Below, piece after piece: positions 61,875 through 64,000 of a stretch of 64,000 bases of DNA (positions within the stretch are counted from its first letter, which is position 1; each line of letters opens with the position of its first letter). The notes below the pieces were generated by a model that worked only from the letters and a program-made list of their open reading frames with translations, was not told the DNA's origin and did no database searches. Source of the DNA: Nymphaea colorata. Its lineage: Eukaryota. The DNA is taken from contig NC_045138.2 in the NCBI RefSeq assembly GCF_008831285.2, positions 42,594,001 to 42,658,000 of the forward strand, given 5' to 3'. The translations under genes and the position numbers were made by a program.

Positions 61875-62507
61875 CACTACAAAAAACCTAGGTATTACTG
61901 ATGGCCAGAACATGTCGGTGAAACATGGCAATGCGTCGGTTTAGGGATCCATCACCAATGCACACAACTTAGGTAAACGTTGACTATTACTGATGTCCAA
62001 GCACGTTGGTAATAGTCTGCTTTTCTCATCTCAGCAAACGTCATTAAAACCTTATACCCCAACACTTATCCTAGATGTTGGTAAATTTTTAACTGACGTC
62101 TGTAGCTGAACATCGGTAATTTTCATTGGAAAAAAGTTTCATCGACTTGAGAATGGTCACGCGCCGGTAAAACTAGTTTCTTTCAGTACTTCTACCAATG
62201 TCCATAGCTAAATGTTGGTAATTTTCACCAACAAAAAATTTCATTGATGCGAGAATGGTCACACATTAGTAAAACTAGCTTTGTTTTAGTACTTTTACTG
62301 ACATCCAGAAAAGGATGTCGATAAAAATTATTTTTTAGCAATGTCTGAGTTGCAGACGTTGGTAAAGGCAAACTTCAATGACATGATGTAGTCACATGTT
62401 AGTGAAGGCAGGCTTTCACCCATGTCTGCCTCTAGACATCAGTAAAAGTTGTCTTTTCATCGCTGAGAGATTTTCCACACATCGGTGAGTCCATCTTTTT
62501 TGTAGTG
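61875..62507. mobile_element. Non-autonomous CACTA (En/Spm) element, 633 bp
   Basis: 12-bp TIR CACTACAAAAAA/TTTTTTGTAGTG, 3-bp TSD GTA, and repeated (C/T)RTCGGTAA-like subterminal motifs. Confidence 0.9.
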
Positions 62508-62887
62508 GTAATAAAAGGTAGCTTCGGAAAACCACGAACCTATCCTTCTATGAAGGATGCCATTTTACTTGCCTACTGTAGTCTTTCTCCCATGTGCTTT
62601 AAGTTATTTATATTTGTGAGGAATTTATCGAAGAAAAACAAAGGTAATTTAGACTTAGTTATGTGAATTATTATTCATTTAGTGGGGAGAAGTTATGCTT
62701 TGTGATTTAGTGCATGATTTGACACAGAGTTTATAAAAGAAATAAGAAGCCATTGTGTCAATGATGGGTCATTAATTTAATAAGGAAACTCATATTTGAG
62801 GGTGAGGACTTAAAAAAAGCCCAAATATCATGTTTTGTAAAGGAAGTGTTCAGAAAGGCTTCTCACCACTATATATACCAATAGAGA

Positions 62888-63370
62888 CACTACAACAAAA
62901 TGCCTTGTTCTTGAAAATGGATAGCCGTTGAGAGAGCAGAGGGGAGACTACCAACGACAAAATACATTGTCTGAGAGAGTATGTGGAAATGGAAGTTGCC
63001 ACTTTTGAAGATCGATTGAGAGAATGGTTGCTGTTGATGGCACTTGTGGTCGGCAAAAATCATCACAATAGAGCAGTTGAAATGGGTGCTCCTACTGGGC
63101 ACTATTGTTGCCAATAGTCATAAGGATAATGTTGGCCACCAAAAATTCAAAAAAAAGGCCAAAACCATCAATCGTAGATTGGGATGTACTTTCTCCAATG
63201 GTTTTTGGTACCAAATGCAACTTTCTCACTGGATCAAAGTGGTAGGTCTGTGCTTTTCTTTTTCAATGATGAATCTTCCATATTACTTCTGCAGCTTCAG
63301 TGCTTGTACCTTCAAAACCCCCAAAATGAGCTGCATAACCCAGTTTGATTCTTCCCCAATTTTCTAGCGG
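62888..63370. mobile_element. Possible second decayed CACTA derivative
   Basis: Begins CACTACAACAAAA. The candidate right end (TTTTCTAGCG) is degenerate and has no matching TSD. Confidence 0.35.
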
Positions 63371-64000
63371 CAAAACTTCCCCAATTCATAGCATCCCCAA
63401 ATCTGCTACAATAACCTAAGCAATGTCAAAAATGAAAGGTGAGAAATCTAGGAAGGGGAAAGGATGAATTATATTCCTTGTATATGAAATTACACATATT
63501 TATAGCATATATGCACAATGAGATCCATGAATCAAGGATTCTGGCATTCAAAGGATATGGCTGTTACACCGGTCATTACGGAAAAGTAAATAGTTAAGTA
63601 TGCAATATCCTTGATTTTCTATATGGGAACTACTACCTATCTTATCATGAAACATTAATTTCTAAAAAATCTGATACTCCCATTTATGTTGGTGTGCGGA
63701 GGTTAGTAGCATGCCTTAAGTTGGTGTGCATAGGTTAGTAGCACCTGACTTGCCAATGAAGTTTTGGCAAGTTTCTCACCTAAGTAGTTTTGTAAAAATA
63801 TATGCTAATTGAAGATGAGTAGACATATGATGTGGATGAATGATGCTCCTCTAGATCTTTTCTCTCACAAAGTGACAATCATGCTTTATATGCTTGGTGC
63901 ACTCATGAAATATGGGATTCACCGATATATATAAGGTAGCTTGATTGTCGTAACAAAGATGAATTGTCTTAGTGTGGTATAATCCCAAGTCCATTAACAA

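Overview
Eukaryotic, land-plant-type nuclear DNA with no prokaryotic features. One host gene lies on the minus strand. It has five coding exons (44362-43812, 36760-36628, 36542-36371, 36289-36096, 6783-6667) that splice by GT-AG into a 388-aa DEK_C plus 2xSWIB/MDM2 protein (UAF30/spp27-like, BAF60b-type SWIB family). Its last intron is about 29.3 kb and holds a nested stack of LTR retrotransposons. An outer Copia (A) was hit by an intact Copia with identical LTRs (B), a full-length decayed Copia (C), an inverted Copia (D) and a chromovirus-type Gypsy (E); a later deletion fused D to E. Older Copia remnants and hAT derivatives surround the stack. Intron 1 (7 kb) holds another decayed Copia and MITEs. 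Upstream of the gene are a pol-less Gypsy (LTR-gag-chromodomain-LTR) whose 5' LTR is interrupted by a second E-family Gypsy, a local inverted duplication, and hAT and CACTA MITEs. All alignments and counts were done by eye. I found no clearly novel protein-coding system; the most interesting signals are structural.
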